This document shows, piece after piece, positions 37,657-46,151 of a DNA stretch of 61,082 nucleotides (positions within the stretch are counted from its first letter, which is position 1; each line of letters begins with the position of its first letter). Source of the DNA: Candidatus Omnitrophota bacterium. Lineage in GTDB: Bacteria > Omnitrophota > Omnitrophia > Omnitrophales > Aquincolibacteriaceae. The notes beneath the pieces were generated by a model. The model saw only the letters and a list, made by a program, of their open reading frames with translations. It was not told the origin of the DNA and did no database searches. The stretch spans positions 1 through 61,082 of the forward strand of contig VFQY01000005.1 in the NCBI GenBank assembly GCA_018883425.1, in the 5' to 3' direction. A program made the position numbers and the translations under genes.

Positions 37657-38760
37657 TTAAGCAACCCGCTGTTCGGATTTTTCCATGCCGGCAAGAATTT
37701 CCCGCATGGCCTGAAAACCGGCTTGAAGCTCTTCCTTACCGATCGATCCCATGTGTGCGACCCGCATCATGCGGTTTTTCATCGCGCCCTGGCCGCCGGC
37801 AACCGTAACGTTTTTTTGCTCCCGAAGAAGCCTGATAAATTTTTTTGCGTCGAACCCCTCCGGAAACACCGCAGCCGTCAAAGATGAGGAGGGCGCTTTC
37901 GAAAAAATTCTAAACCCCATAGCGCTCAGTTCAGCCCGGGTAAAATCGCCGAGTTCACGGCTTCGAGCCCACACATTTTCAAGCCCCTCGCTGAGAATTA
38001 AATCAAGCGCTTCGTCGGCGGCCCACACCAGCATGGTTCCCGGTGTAAAAGGCGTGTCTCCTGAGACCAGATTTTTTTCATACTTTTGGAGATCAAAGTA
38101 GTAACGCGGAAGGCTTGACTGTCTCATGCGGGCCTGAGCCTTAGGACTGACGCTGATGAAGGCCAACCCGGGCGGCAGCATCAAAGCTTTTTGGGAACCT
38201 CCGATAACCGCATCAACCGCCCATGCGTCCGTTTCGAGGACGTCCGCAGCCAAGCCCGCTATGGCATCCACGATCAGGAGGGCGTCCGTACGCCGCACTT
38301 TCTCTCCGATCGCCCGGATGTCATTGAGAACCGCCGTCGACGTTTCACAAAGCTGAACAAAAACGGATTTCACACGCGGAAATTGCGTCAGTGCTTTTTC
38401 GAATTGGGACGGATCTACAGCTTCACCCCAAGGAACCTCAATCACCCTCGGACAAAGGCCGAAAACACGGGCCAGCTCTGTGAAACGGCTGCCGAACTTC
38501 CCCGTGTCAAGCACCAGGACCTCATCGCCCGGAGAATGGAAGTTCACAACGGCCGCTTCCATTCCCGCCGATCCCGACCCCACGAGGGTGTAAACCGGGT
38601 TCTGCGTCCGGAAAACAAACTTGAGCTTACCGGTCACACGCTCAAAAAGCTCCCGGAATCGGGGCGTGCGGTGATGAAAAATGGGTTGGGCCATCACAGC
38701 CCGGACAGATTCGGGAATTTGAACCGGTCCGGGTGTGAGTAGAATAGGGCCGTTCGTCAT
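37657..38760 (-). CDS. class-V PLP aminotransferase, probable phosphoserine aminotransferase given adjacency to serA
   Basis: 367 aa. [12 protein letters not shown] carries the PLP lysine. It resembles the AGXT/serine-pyruvate aminotransferase family. The specific activity is inferred from context. Confidence 0.75.
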   Translation of the reverse strand: MTNGPILLTPGPVQIPESVRAVMAQPIFHHRTPRFRELFERVTGKLKFVFRTQNPVYTLVGSGSAGMEAAVVNFHSPGDEVLVLDTGKFGSRFTELARVFGLCPRVIEVPWGEAVDPSQFEKALTQFPRVKSVFVQLCETSTAVLNDIRAIGEKVRRTDALLIVDAIAGLAADVLETDAWAVDAVIGGSQKALMLPPGLAFISVSPKAQARMRQSSLPRYYFDLQKYEKNLVSGDTPFTPGTMLVWAADEALDLILSEGLENVWARSRELGDFTRAELSAMGFRIFSKAPSSSLTAAVFPEGFDAKKFIRLLREQKNVTVAGGQGAMKNRMMRVAHMGSIGKEELQAGFQAMREILAGMEKSEQRVA

Positions 38761-39365
38761 TTTGCGGGGTTCGCTCCCGTTTTCAGAACGATCACATCAT
38801 CCACCAAACCAAAAACGCGGGACTCTTCGGCCGACATAAAATTATCGCGGTCCGTCGCCTTTTCAATCGCCTCAACGGTTTGACCCGTATGATGCGCCAT
38901 GATTTTATTGAGCTGATCCTTGAGCTTGAGGATTTCCCGAGCCTGGATATGAATGTCGGAAGCCGTACCTTGCGCGCCGCCCCAAGGCTGATGGATCATC
39001 ACGCGGGAATTCGGAAGGCAGTGACGTTTCCCCTTGGATCCCGCACAAAGCAGGAGCGCTCCCATGCTGGCAGCTTGTCCCAAACAATACGTCGCAACAT
39101 CACATTTGACGAACTGCATGGTGTCGTAAATCGCAAGTCCGGCCGTCACGGAACCGCCGGGAGAATTGATGTAAATGTTGATGTCTTTGGCAGGGTCTTC
39201 CATCTGCAGGAAAAGCATCTGAGCAATGGCCAGATTGGCGATGGTGTCGTCAATCGGCGTGCCGATGAAAATGATCCGGTCTCTGAGAAGACGTGAATAA
39301 ATATCGTACGCCCGTTCCCCCATACCGCTCTTTTCAACCACCATCGGAACCAAATAACCGCTCAT
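38757..39365 (-). CDS. clpP: ATP-dependent Clp protease proteolytic subunit
   Basis: The track start at 39395 overlaps tig. ATG 39365 is preceded by GGGGGAGGA. Motifs: [11 protein letters not shown] (Ser), MIHQP (His), RDNFMSAEE (Asp). Confidence 0.95.
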   Translation of the reverse strand: MSGYLVPMVVEKSGMGERAYDIYSRLLRDRIIFIGTPIDDTIANLAIAQMLFLQMEDPAKDINIYINSPGGSVTAGLAIYDTMQFVKCDVATYCLGQAASMGALLLCAGSKGKRHCLPNSRVMIHQPWGGAQGTASDIHIQAREILKLKDQLNKIMAHHTGQTVEAIEKATDRDNFMSAEESRVFGLVDDVIVLKTGANPAK

Positions 39366-39381
39366 AGATCCTCCCCCGTCC

Positions 39382-40692
39382 TCAGACTTTGGCATTTTGT
39401 TTTATGAGTTCGACCGTTTTTTCCGTACGAATCTGATCCTTCAGATTTTCCGCGGCTTCTTGACGCTCTTCATAATAACTTTGAATCGTTTCCGGAGACT
39501 GGCGGAAACGGTCCGCAATCTTTTGATAGTGTTTCTTGAGATCTTCTTCGGTGACTTCGACGTTCTCTTTTTCCGCGATTTCTTCGAGCAGAAAAGCAAG
39601 ATGAACTTGACGCTGAGCTTCCGGACGGAACCCTTCTTTCATCTTGGCGCTCTGACTTTCAAACTCCTCCTCGGGAGCTCCCTGCTGAGCAAAGTGCTGA
39701 CGGGCCTGATCCAGCATCGACTCAACCCGGCGCTGCAACAATTTCGGAGGCAGCTCAAGCTTGTTGGCCTTGACGAGTTCATCGAGAAGCGCTTTCTCAA
39801 AAGAAGCACCCGCTTCTTTTTCTTTTTGTTCGAGAAGGTCTTTTTCGATCTTGGCTTTCAGGTCGGCCAGCGTCGCATGATCTCCTGCTTCGCGCGCGAG
39901 GTCGTCGTTGATTTCAGGAAGGTTCTTAAGTTTCACTTCCTTGACCTTCACTTTGAAAATAGCGTCCTTACCGGCGATCTCTTTGCGGGACGCATCTTCA
40001 GGAAACTTCACCCTGACCTCGCGTTCCTCACCGGCGCGGATCCCGGCCAGCTGCTCTGAAAACCCTTTCAGGTACTCCTCAGCCTTGAGCTCGAACCAGT
40101 CATCTTTGCGGTTTTCCAGTTCTTTACCATCCACGGCGCAAACGTAATCCGCGATGACGAAGTTACCCATCTCGGCAGGCTTATCTTCAACGGCCTTATA
40201 CTGCGCAAGAGAATCCTGCAAGCGCTTCAGAGCTTCTTCAACTTCGGACGGCTTGACTGTCACGTTTTCTTTTTTGGCCGACAAGCCCTTGTACTTCGAA
40301 ATCTTGATCTTGGGTTTGACTTCGACGGCAGCTTCGAAAGACAGCTTTGTCTCGTCAAAATGGATATCTTTCACTTCGGGATAACCCAGGGGATGAATAG
40401 ATTCTTCGTCCAGGGCTTCGCGGTAGGTCTCAGTCAGCAGATCTTTGAGAACCTGCTCTCTGGCTTCACCTTTGAAATGGAGCGCGACAATATTCATCGG
40501 CGCCTTTCCGGGGCGAAAGCCGGGGATCTTGGCTTTGGGCGCTACGGCTCTGTAAAAAGCATCATAGGCTTCTTTGATCCGGTCCTGACCAACTTCGATT
40601 TTTAGTGTCTTCTCACAGGATTTGGTGTCTTTGACAGAAACCTTCAAGGTCGCGATCTCCTTCAGCATTAAATTCGTGAATCCCCGAGCCAT
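39382..40692 (-). CDS. tig: trigger factor
   Basis: 436 aa. N-terminal ribosome-binding GFRPGKAP motif, a central PPIase-like domain and a C-terminal helical arm. GAAGG lies 6 nt upstream of the ATG. Confidence 0.93.
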   Translation of the reverse strand: MARGFTNLMLKEIATLKVSVKDTKSCEKTLKIEVGQDRIKEAYDAFYRAVAPKAKIPGFRPGKAPMNIVALHFKGEAREQVLKDLLTETYREALDEESIHPLGYPEVKDIHFDETKLSFEAAVEVKPKIKISKYKGLSAKKENVTVKPSEVEEALKRLQDSLAQYKAVEDKPAEMGNFVIADYVCAVDGKELENRKDDWFELKAEEYLKGFSEQLAGIRAGEEREVRVKFPEDASRKEIAGKDAIFKVKVKEVKLKNLPEINDDLAREAGDHATLADLKAKIEKDLLEQKEKEAGASFEKALLDELVKANKLELPPKLLQRRVESMLDQARQHFAQQGAPEEEFESQSAKMKEGFRPEAQRQVHLAFLLEEIAEKENVEVTEEDLKKHYQKIADRFRQSPETIQSYYEERQEAAENLKDQIRTEKTVELIKQNAKV

Positions 40693-40771
40693 ATAGCCTT
40701 CGGGCTCCTAGAAAACAGGAGGTCTCGAAATTCAGGGGACAATTTTAGAATTGCGGCGTGCCATTAAAGAA

Positions 40772-40845
40772 TGGAGCGAGTGGAGGGAATCGAACCCTCG
40801 TAGCAGCCTTGGCAAGGCTGTGCATTACCACTATGCTACACTCGC
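40772..40845 (-). tRNA. tRNA-Gly (anticodon GCC), CCA encoded
   Basis: Hand-folded cloverleaf. Acceptor GCGAGTG/CACTCGC, D stem GCAT/ATGC, anticodon stem CAGCC/GGCTG with loop TTGCCAA, T arm GAGGG-TTCGATT-CCCTC, discriminator U, CCA. Confidence 0.9.
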
Positions 40846-40851
40846 TGGTAG

Positions 40852-40880
40852 GTATTAAGGGATGCCCTGCTTGCACCCAA
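40852..40880 (-). promoter_or_regulatory. possible sigma70-type promoter directly upstream of tRNA-Gly
   Basis: The minus strand reads TTGGGT-N17-TAATAC, with the -10 ending 6 nt before the mature tRNA 5' end. Confidence 0.3.
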
Positions 40881-41126
40881 AAAAAGCGGGCGCCGATCAG
40901 TCACACTTAAACTAAAGCCATATCCGCCGCGAACACGCTATCTTAGGGAAACACCCGCGGTTTGTCAACGCATGGCTTTACGGATTTCATCACCCTGGCG
41001 GATGATTCGTTCTATTTTCTTAAGACCTTAATTGCCAGCGGCTTAGAAAAAAAATCAGCTTCACGAAACACCCTAAATCGGCCTGACCAGACTCGCGCGG
41101 AAAGTTCGGCGCTTCGATCACTCTTA

Positions 41127-41378
41127 CTTAGACTAAGTACGCCCGGACACGGCTCTCCTTGAAAGTGCCGGGCCGTGCTTGGCCATAAAGGCTTAGTGCG
41201 CGCCCGGACACGGCTCTTCTTGAAAGTGCCGGGCCGTGCTTGGCCATAAAGGCTTAGTGCGCGCCCGGACACGGCTCTCCTTGAAAGTGCCGGGCCGTGC
41301 TTGGCCATAAGGCTTAGTGCGCGCCCGGACACGGCTCTCCTTGAAAGTGCCGGGCCGTGCTTGGCCATAAAGGCCAAG
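41127..41378 (-). repeat. about 4 tandem copies of a 61-bp non-coding unit abutting the 3' end of tRNA-Leu
   Basis: The motif gcccggacacggctc recurs at 41141, 41202, 41263 and 41323 (periods 61, 61, 60). Copies differ by 1 substitution and 1 single-base deletion. Each unit holds a 9-bp bulged hairpin (GCCCGGCAC...GTGTCCGGGC on the minus strand). Confidence 0.95.
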
Positions 41379-41460
41379 TGCGGCGAGAGGGACTTGAACC
41401 CACACTCCTTGCGGAACAGGATCCTAAGTCCTGCGCGTCTGCCAGTTTCGCCATCGCCGC
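41379..41460 (-). tRNA. tRNA-Leu (anticodon TAG), class II with long variable arm, CCA not encoded
   Basis: Acceptor GCGGCGA/TCGCCGC, D arm GCG-AAACTGGCAGA-CGC, anticodon stem CAGGA/TCCTG with loop CTTAGGA, variable arm TTCCGCAAGGAGT, T loop TTCAAGT. There is one U-U mismatch in the T stem. Confidence 0.85.
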
Positions 41461-41492
41461 TTATGAGGCTGGCCGCAAAAGAAACAAAAAAA

Positions 41493-41565
41493 TGCGCCCT
41501 GAAGGACTTGAACCTTCGACCTACTGATTAAGAGTCAGCTGCTCTACCAACTGAGCTAAGGGCGC
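41493..41565 (-). tRNA. tRNA-Lys (anticodon CTT), CCA not encoded
   Basis: Acceptor GCGCCCT/AGGGCGC, D arm GCTC-AGTTGGTA-GAGC, anticodon loop CTCTTAA, T arm GAAGG-TTCAAGT-CCTTC, discriminator A. Confidence 0.9.
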
Positions 41566-41726
41566 TAAAACCAACATTTGTTTCCAACTGCCCTGACTTC
41601 GATCCTTACTTTCAGATTGTTGTCAGGGCGGGGAACCTTCGGTTCCCGCGAGCTAAGGGCGCTAAAACCAACATTTGTTTCCAACTGCCCTGACTTCGAT
41701 CCTTACTTTCAGATTGTTGTCAGGGC
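41553..41726 (-). repeat. perfect 76-77-bp direct repeat (41553-41629 and 41650-41726) around a 20-nt hairpin; it contains the 5' 13 nt of tRNA-Lys plus 63 nt of leader
   Basis: Base-by-base comparison shows identical copies offset by 97 nt. Between them lies GGGAACC-TTC-GGTTCCC (41631-41647). Each copy also holds CCCTGAC...GTCAGGG, a 7-bp stem. Confidence 0.95.
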
Positions 41727-41794
41727 CGAGCGCCTCCGGTACTCCTGCGCCGGAATGCGAATCTTTTGCGTCCTCTTTTCTGACGCGGAAGCGG

Positions 41795-41823
41795 ATTCTA
41801 CTCAAAGACGCAGAAATTGACAA
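41795..41823 (-). promoter_or_regulatory. candidate sigma70 promoter for the tRNA-Lys/Leu transcription unit
   Basis: The minus strand reads TTGTCA-N17-TAGAAT, about 70 nt upstream of the distal repeat copy. Confidence 0.45.
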
Positions 41824-41840
41824 GGCAAGAATCCCTTTTT

Positions 41841-42701
41841 TCAGACCCCGTGCATTTCACGGATTCCCCTGACCGTTTCGAGAAATTCTTTGCGGCGCAT
41901 CACAAGTTCCCGGCTGGCCAGCGGCAAGCGGGCGAAATCCTCATTCATTTTCTCAAAGCGGCGCTCCGTTATGGGGTAGGTCTGGTAATAGTCGTAGAAG
42001 TAGGGCAGTTTTGACCGATCCGCCTTCAGGAACTTATAAAGCAGATCAACCATGCCCTGAGGGTCGTAGCCCGCATGCAGCATGTAGCGGGTGCCCAGAA
42101 GATCCGCGTTTTCAATGCGCTCCTCCCTCGTGAGTTCACCGCTCTGCGCGGCCGAATTCACAAGGATAGCTCCAAGCGCGGCCAGACTGCCGATCTGACC
42201 AAGGGCGGGAGCCACAACCGAGACAGCCTGGGTTACGCCATCGAGGGTCTTGCGTTTGGATGAACTCCTCGGATCCTTGAACTGAAGTATCGCAACCTCA
42301 TGAGCCAGGACGGCAGCCAGTTCCGCTTCATTCTCGATAAAATTCAAAAAGCCCGTTGTGATGTAAACATGGCCACCGGGGGCCGCGGCAGCGTAAATCT
42401 TCTCATCGTAAAGCACCGTAAAATCATAGTTCTCCCTGGCTTGGCTCTCGTCCTCAGCCAGAGAAAAGCCCACGCGGTCCACATAATCTGTCACTTGCGG
42501 ATCCGTATAAAGATAAAACTGGGAGACGATCTGCTGATGGATCCTGAGCCCCTCTTCTTTTTCAATTTCGGAGAAAGATCTCAGGCCCGGATGATCCTGA
42601 GCCATCGGCTTTGCCGAGCGGGAGGATGCGCAGCCTGACGCAGCACCCTGAATTAGAATCACGCCCAAAAGCACCGCGGTTAAATTACGAAAGGCCATCA
42701 A
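41841..42701 (-). CDS. M48-like lipoprotein with degenerate zinc motif (HEVAI instead of HExxH)
   Basis: 286 aa. Lipobox AASGC. It is collinear with the M48 gene at 6275-7087 (PGGHVYITTGFL..., ELAAVLAHEVAILQF, REERIENAD, YPITERR). The second His codon is ATA (Ile), confirmed in the DNA. Confidence 0.75.
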   Translation of the reverse strand: MMAFRNLTAVLLGVILIQGAASGCASSRSAKPMAQDHPGLRSFSEIEKEEGLRIHQQIVSQFYLYTDPQVTDYVDRVGFSLAEDESQARENYDFTVLYDEKIYAAAAPGGHVYITTGFLNFIENEAELAAVLAHEVAILQFKDPRSSSKRKTLDGVTQAVSVVAPALGQIGSLAALGAILVNSAAQSGELTREERIENADLLGTRYMLHAGYDPQGMVDLLYKFLKADRSKLPYFYDYYQTYPITERRFEKMNEDFARLPLASRELVMRRKEFLETVRGIREMHGV

Positions 42702-42777
42702 ATTTCCTTTCGGTCAAGAAACTGAAGGATCGCGGCACGCAGCGCACGCGCGGGCAATCCGAGTCATTTTCGGACGG

Positions 42778-43845
42778 CTAGATCGAATAGTCGGCAAAAA
42801 AGCCTTTCTCTTCCTTGGGACTGACAAAAACTTCCTCGTCGCGCTTGAGCGCCAGTTCACGGTAACGCTCCTGCGTCATCTCAACCTGGACAAGACCGCC
42901 CCACTCGCTGACGAGCTCTACTTTGACGACCGAACCCGCAGGATTGATGCGCTTGATCACGGCCTTGAAAGAATTTTTTCCGGTTCGAACCCGGTGAATA
43001 TCAAAAAGGTGCGGGCGAATGTAGATCGTCGCTTTTTCGCTGTCCTGCGGCTGCTGATGTGAAAGATCCACGGTGATGCTTCCGATATGCGCCTTACCGT
43101 CCTCGACACGCCCGTGAAAGAGATTTACGTCCCCCAGAAAGTTGTAAACAAAAGCGCTGGCAGGCCTGTGGTAAACCTCTTCCGGCGTCCCCATCTGCTC
43201 AATGCACCCTTCGTTCATCACCACGATTCGGTCGGCAACTTCAAGAGCTTCTTCCTGATCATGCGTGACAAAAATGCTGGTCACGTGGATTTCATCATGC
43301 AGCTGCCTCAGCCACTGCCTGAGCTCCTTGCGGACCTTAGCATCCAGGGCTCCGAAAGGCTCGTCAAGCAAAAGGACTTTGGGTTCAACCGCAAGAGCGC
43401 GCGCGATGGCGATGCGCTGGCGCTGTCCGCCGGAAAGCTGGGAAGGATAGCGCCTGGCTAAATTTTCAAGCTGCACCAGTTTTAGAAGTTCTGTAACTTT
43501 CACCCGGATCGCATCCTCGCTGGGCCTCTTAGAACGGGGACGCACACGCAGTCCGAACGCGATGTTTTCAAAAACCGTCATGTGTCTGAAAAGCGCGTAA
43601 TGCTGGAAAACAAATCCCACCTGCCGCGCGGCCTCCTTGTCATCGCGGGCATCTTCACCCTCGAAACAGACCTCGCCCGCATCCTGAAATTCAAGGCCGG
43701 CGACAATTCTCAGAAGCGTCGTTTTTCCGGATCCTGAAGGACCGAGAAGAGCCACGAGCTCGCCGGAAGGGATATCCAGACTGACGTCTTTAAGAGCGGT
43801 AAAATGACCGAATGTTTTCGTGAGACTTCGAATGGCAATACTCAT
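42778..43845 (-). CDS. cysA: sulfate/thiosulfate ABC transporter ATP-binding protein
   Basis: 355 aa. Walker [18 protein letters not shown], Walker B LLLDEPF, and a C-terminal TOBE-like domain. The N-terminus is typical of CysA. Confidence 0.88.
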   Translation of the reverse strand: MSIAIRSLTKTFGHFTALKDVSLDIPSGELVALLGPSGSGKTTLLRIVAGLEFQDAGEVCFEGEDARDDKEAARQVGFVFQHYALFRHMTVFENIAFGLRVRPRSKRPSEDAIRVKVTELLKLVQLENLARRYPSQLSGGQRQRIAIARALAVEPKVLLLDEPFGALDAKVRKELRQWLRQLHDEIHVTSIFVTHDQEEALEVADRIVVMNEGCIEQMGTPEEVYHRPASAFVYNFLGDVNLFHGRVEDGKAHIGSITVDLSHQQPQDSEKATIYIRPHLFDIHRVRTGKNSFKAVIKRINPAGSVVKVELVSEWGGLVQVEMTQERYRELALKRDEEVFVSPKEEKGFFADYSI

Positions 43846-43864
43846 AAAACCTGCTTTCCGGGCT

Positions 43865-44755
43865 TCAGGATCCCTGGGATTCTTTCAACTGACGCGCGTA
43901 TTGTGCCTCGATGAAACTTTTGATGCCCAGCGTCACAAGGGCAAGAAATAAAAGAAGCGAGGAGACCGCGAACGCGCCGGTAAAATTGTATTCGTTGTAA
44001 AGAATTTCGACGTGCAGCGGCAGAGTGTTCGTCAGCCCGCGTATGTGCCCAGACACAACCGACACCGCACCGAACTCTCCCATGGCCCGGGCGTTGCACA
44101 AAATCACGCCGTAAAGCAGCCCCCATTTAATATTCGGAAGAGTCACACGCCAAAAAGCCTGAAAACCGTTGGCACCGAGCATAATCGCCGCTTCTTCCTC
44201 TTCCTTGCCCTGAGACTGCATCAGGGGGATGAGTTCGCGGGCCACAAAGGGAAAGGTGACGAAGATCGTCGCTAAAACAATGCCGGGCGCGGCAAAAATA
44301 ATCTTGATATCGTGTTCCCGAAGCCAGCCCCCCCAGTAACCCTGAGCTCCAAAAAGGAGCACAAAGACTAACCCCGAAACGACAGGCGAAACACTAAAAG
44401 GCAGATCAATGAGCGTCAGCAGAAGATTTTTTCCGTGAAAGTCGAACTTGGCAATCGCCCACGAGGCGGCAATCCCAAAAACCAGATTGAGCGGTACGGC
44501 GATCGCCGCGGTCAGAAGCGTCAAACGCAGGGCTGCCAGCGCGTCCGGATCCGTCAGAGACAGCGCATAAAAGGCCGCCCCCTTCTGAAATGCCGTCACG
44601 AGGACAATCAAAAGCGGCGTGAATAGAAGAAGCGACAGGTAAATGAGCGCGGCCCCGATAAGACAGCGCTTCACCCAAACAGGCTCGCCGATCACGCGAG
44701 CAGAAGAACCTGCCCTCGTCTTGAACGCAAATCTGGACGCCGCGCCGCCTGCCAT
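43865..44755 (-). CDS. cysW: sulfate ABC transporter permease CysW
   Basis: The track start at 44794 overlaps cysT. ATG 44755 is preceded by AGGAG 6 nt upstream. It has 6 TM helices and the EAA-loop region [22 protein letters not shown]. Confidence 0.85.
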   Translation of the reverse strand: MAGGAASRFAFKTRAGSSARVIGEPVWVKRCLIGAALIYLSLLLFTPLLIVLVTAFQKGAAFYALSLTDPDALAALRLTLLTAAIAVPLNLVFGIAASWAIAKFDFHGKNLLLTLIDLPFSVSPVVSGLVFVLLFGAQGYWGGWLREHDIKIIFAAPGIVLATIFVTFPFVARELIPLMQSQGKEEEEAAIMLGANGFQAFWRVTLPNIKWGLLYGVILCNARAMGEFGAVSVVSGHIRGLTNTLPLHVEILYNEYNFTGAFAVSSLLLFLALVTLGIKSFIEAQYARQLKESQGS

Positions 44756-44763
44756 ACAATCTC

Positions 44764-45591
44764 CTAAAGGACTGCCCGGCGGCGAGTCCACCATTGCAGA
44801 AGGTTAATCAAAAAAAGAATGAGGAAGGAAACGCCCAGCATGCCGACCGCAATAGCGACCGCTCCGGCGTAATCATATTGTTCAAGTTTGGTCATGATCA
44901 AAAGCGGGACAATCTCCGTTTTCATGGGCATATTGCCTGAGATGAAGACAACTGAACCGTATTCGCCCACAGCGCGCGCAAAGGCTAGCGCAAAACCCGT
45001 CAAAAGCGCCGGAAGCAGCGTCGGAAAAATCACTCTCGCAAAGGTCTGCCAGCGGTTCGCGCCCAGACTTGCAGCCGCTTCTTCAACCTCAGCCTCCAAA
45101 TCCTGAAGCACGGGCTCAACGGTTCGCACCACAAACGGCAATCCGATAAAGGTCAAGGCGATGGTCACCCCCAGCGGGGAAAAAGCCGTCTTGATTCCGG
45201 CCGCTGAAAAAAATTGACCAAGCCACCCATTGGGTGCATAAGCCGCGGTGAGCGCGATACCCGCCACAGCCGTGGGCAAAGCAAAAGGAATATCCACAAG
45301 CGAATCCACGACCCGCTTTCCCGCAAAGTCATAGCGCACGAGAACCCATGCGATCAGAAGGCCGAAGACCAAATTCACGGCAGCTCCAACAGCCGCTGCC
45401 GTAAAAGTCAAACCAAAGGAGGCCGCCGTGCGGGGGTGCGAAAGGACAGACCAAAATTCAGCAGGGCTCATCTCCAGAGATTTAAGGATCATGGCTCCCA
45501 AGGGAATCAGCACAATAAGTCCCAGGTAAGCCAGAGTGAATCCGAGACTCATTGCGAATCCGGGCAGAATTGTTTTTTGTTTAAGCAGCAT
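44764..45591 (-). CDS. cysT: sulfate ABC transporter permease CysT
   Basis: I prefer ATG 45591 (MLLKQKTILPGFAMSLGFTL) because the track start at 45708 overlaps the Rrf2 gene. EAA loop VEEAAASLGANRWQTFARVIFP. Confidence 0.85.
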   Translation of the reverse strand: MLLKQKTILPGFAMSLGFTLAYLGLIVLIPLGAMILKSLEMSPAEFWSVLSHPRTAASFGLTFTAAAVGAAVNLVFGLLIAWVLVRYDFAGKRVVDSLVDIPFALPTAVAGIALTAAYAPNGWLGQFFSAAGIKTAFSPLGVTIALTFIGLPFVVRTVEPVLQDLEAEVEEAAASLGANRWQTFARVIFPTLLPALLTGFALAFARAVGEYGSVVFISGNMPMKTEIVPLLIMTKLEQYDYAGAVAIAVGMLGVSFLILFLINLLQWWTRRRAVL

Positions 45592-45601
45592 GTTTTTCTC
45601 T

Positions 45602-46063
45602 TTAAATATCGAAATCCAAAATATCCAGTCCCTTGATTTGAGCTGCCATCGCTCTCTCCAAAGCGTCGCCAAGCGACGTGTGGTCAAGCACCTGAGCTGT
45701 GGCGTCACGCACTTCCTTCATGACGAGCCTGAGCTCGCAGTACGACTCATCCCGGCACTCCTCGCAGCGGCGGTAAGCCGAACGGCTGACGCAGGGCAGG
45801 GGTGCCAACGGCCCTTCCATGATTCGAATGATTTGCCCGAAGGTAACTTCACCGGGTGCGTGGTTCAGGAAGTACCCTCCCCCCTTACCCTTCTTGCTCC
45901 CTAGGATCGCGTTATTTTTCAACTCGAGGAGAATCAGTTCGAGAAATTTCTTGGGTATCCCTTCCTGCTGAGCCAGTTGGGAAATGAGCACAGGCCCCTG
46001 ACCATAGTGCCGGGCAAGTGCGAGCGAAGCCTTCAGGGCGTACTTTGTTTTCTGTGATAGCAT
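45602..46063 (-). CDS. Rrf2-family transcriptional regulator with Cys cluster
   Basis: 153 aa. Winged helix MLSQKTKYALKASLALA...ISQLAQQEGIPKKFLELILLELK. Cys pattern C-x8-C-x2-C-x6-C (CVSRSAYRRCEECRDESYC). Confidence 0.88.
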   Translation of the reverse strand: MLSQKTKYALKASLALARHYGQGPVLISQLAQQEGIPKKFLELILLELKNNAILGSKKGKGGGYFLNHAPGEVTFGQIIRIMEGPLAPLPCVSRSAYRRCEECRDESYCELRLVMKEVRDATAQVLDHTSLGDALERAMAAQIKGLDILDFDI

Positions 46064-46091
46064 AAGCCTATAAGATTGATAGAGTATGTGG

Positions 46092-46119
46092 ATTTTATTC
46101 GGTCGCTGTCATTTGTCAA
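46092..46119 (-). promoter_or_regulatory. sigma70-type promoter for the Rrf2-cysTWA operon
   Basis: The minus strand reads TTGACA-N16-TAAAAT, and the -10 ends about 28 nt before the rrf2 ATG. Confidence 0.5.
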
Positions 46120-46151
46120 GAGCCTATTTAGAAGATGAGGCGGGGCAAACG

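Noticed and set aside
41012-41377. 121-aa minus-strand ORF with a repetitive peptide (MAKHGPALSRRAVSGRALSL x2). The overlapping ORF at 41193-41405 is similar.
   Set aside because: It is an artefact of translating the 61-bp tandem repeat. The period is not a multiple of 3, so the frame drifts between units. It has no start context and abuts a tRNA.
41127-41378. Possible CRISPR array.
   Set aside because: The units are contiguous and near-identical across their whole 61 bp. There are no unique spacers and no cas genes in the window.
41578-41872. Two plus-strand ORFs with identical N-termini (MFPTALTSILTFRLLSG).
   Set aside because: They simply reflect the 76-bp direct repeat upstream of tRNA-Lys. 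They are short, have no ribosome-binding site, and lie antisense to the tRNA leader.
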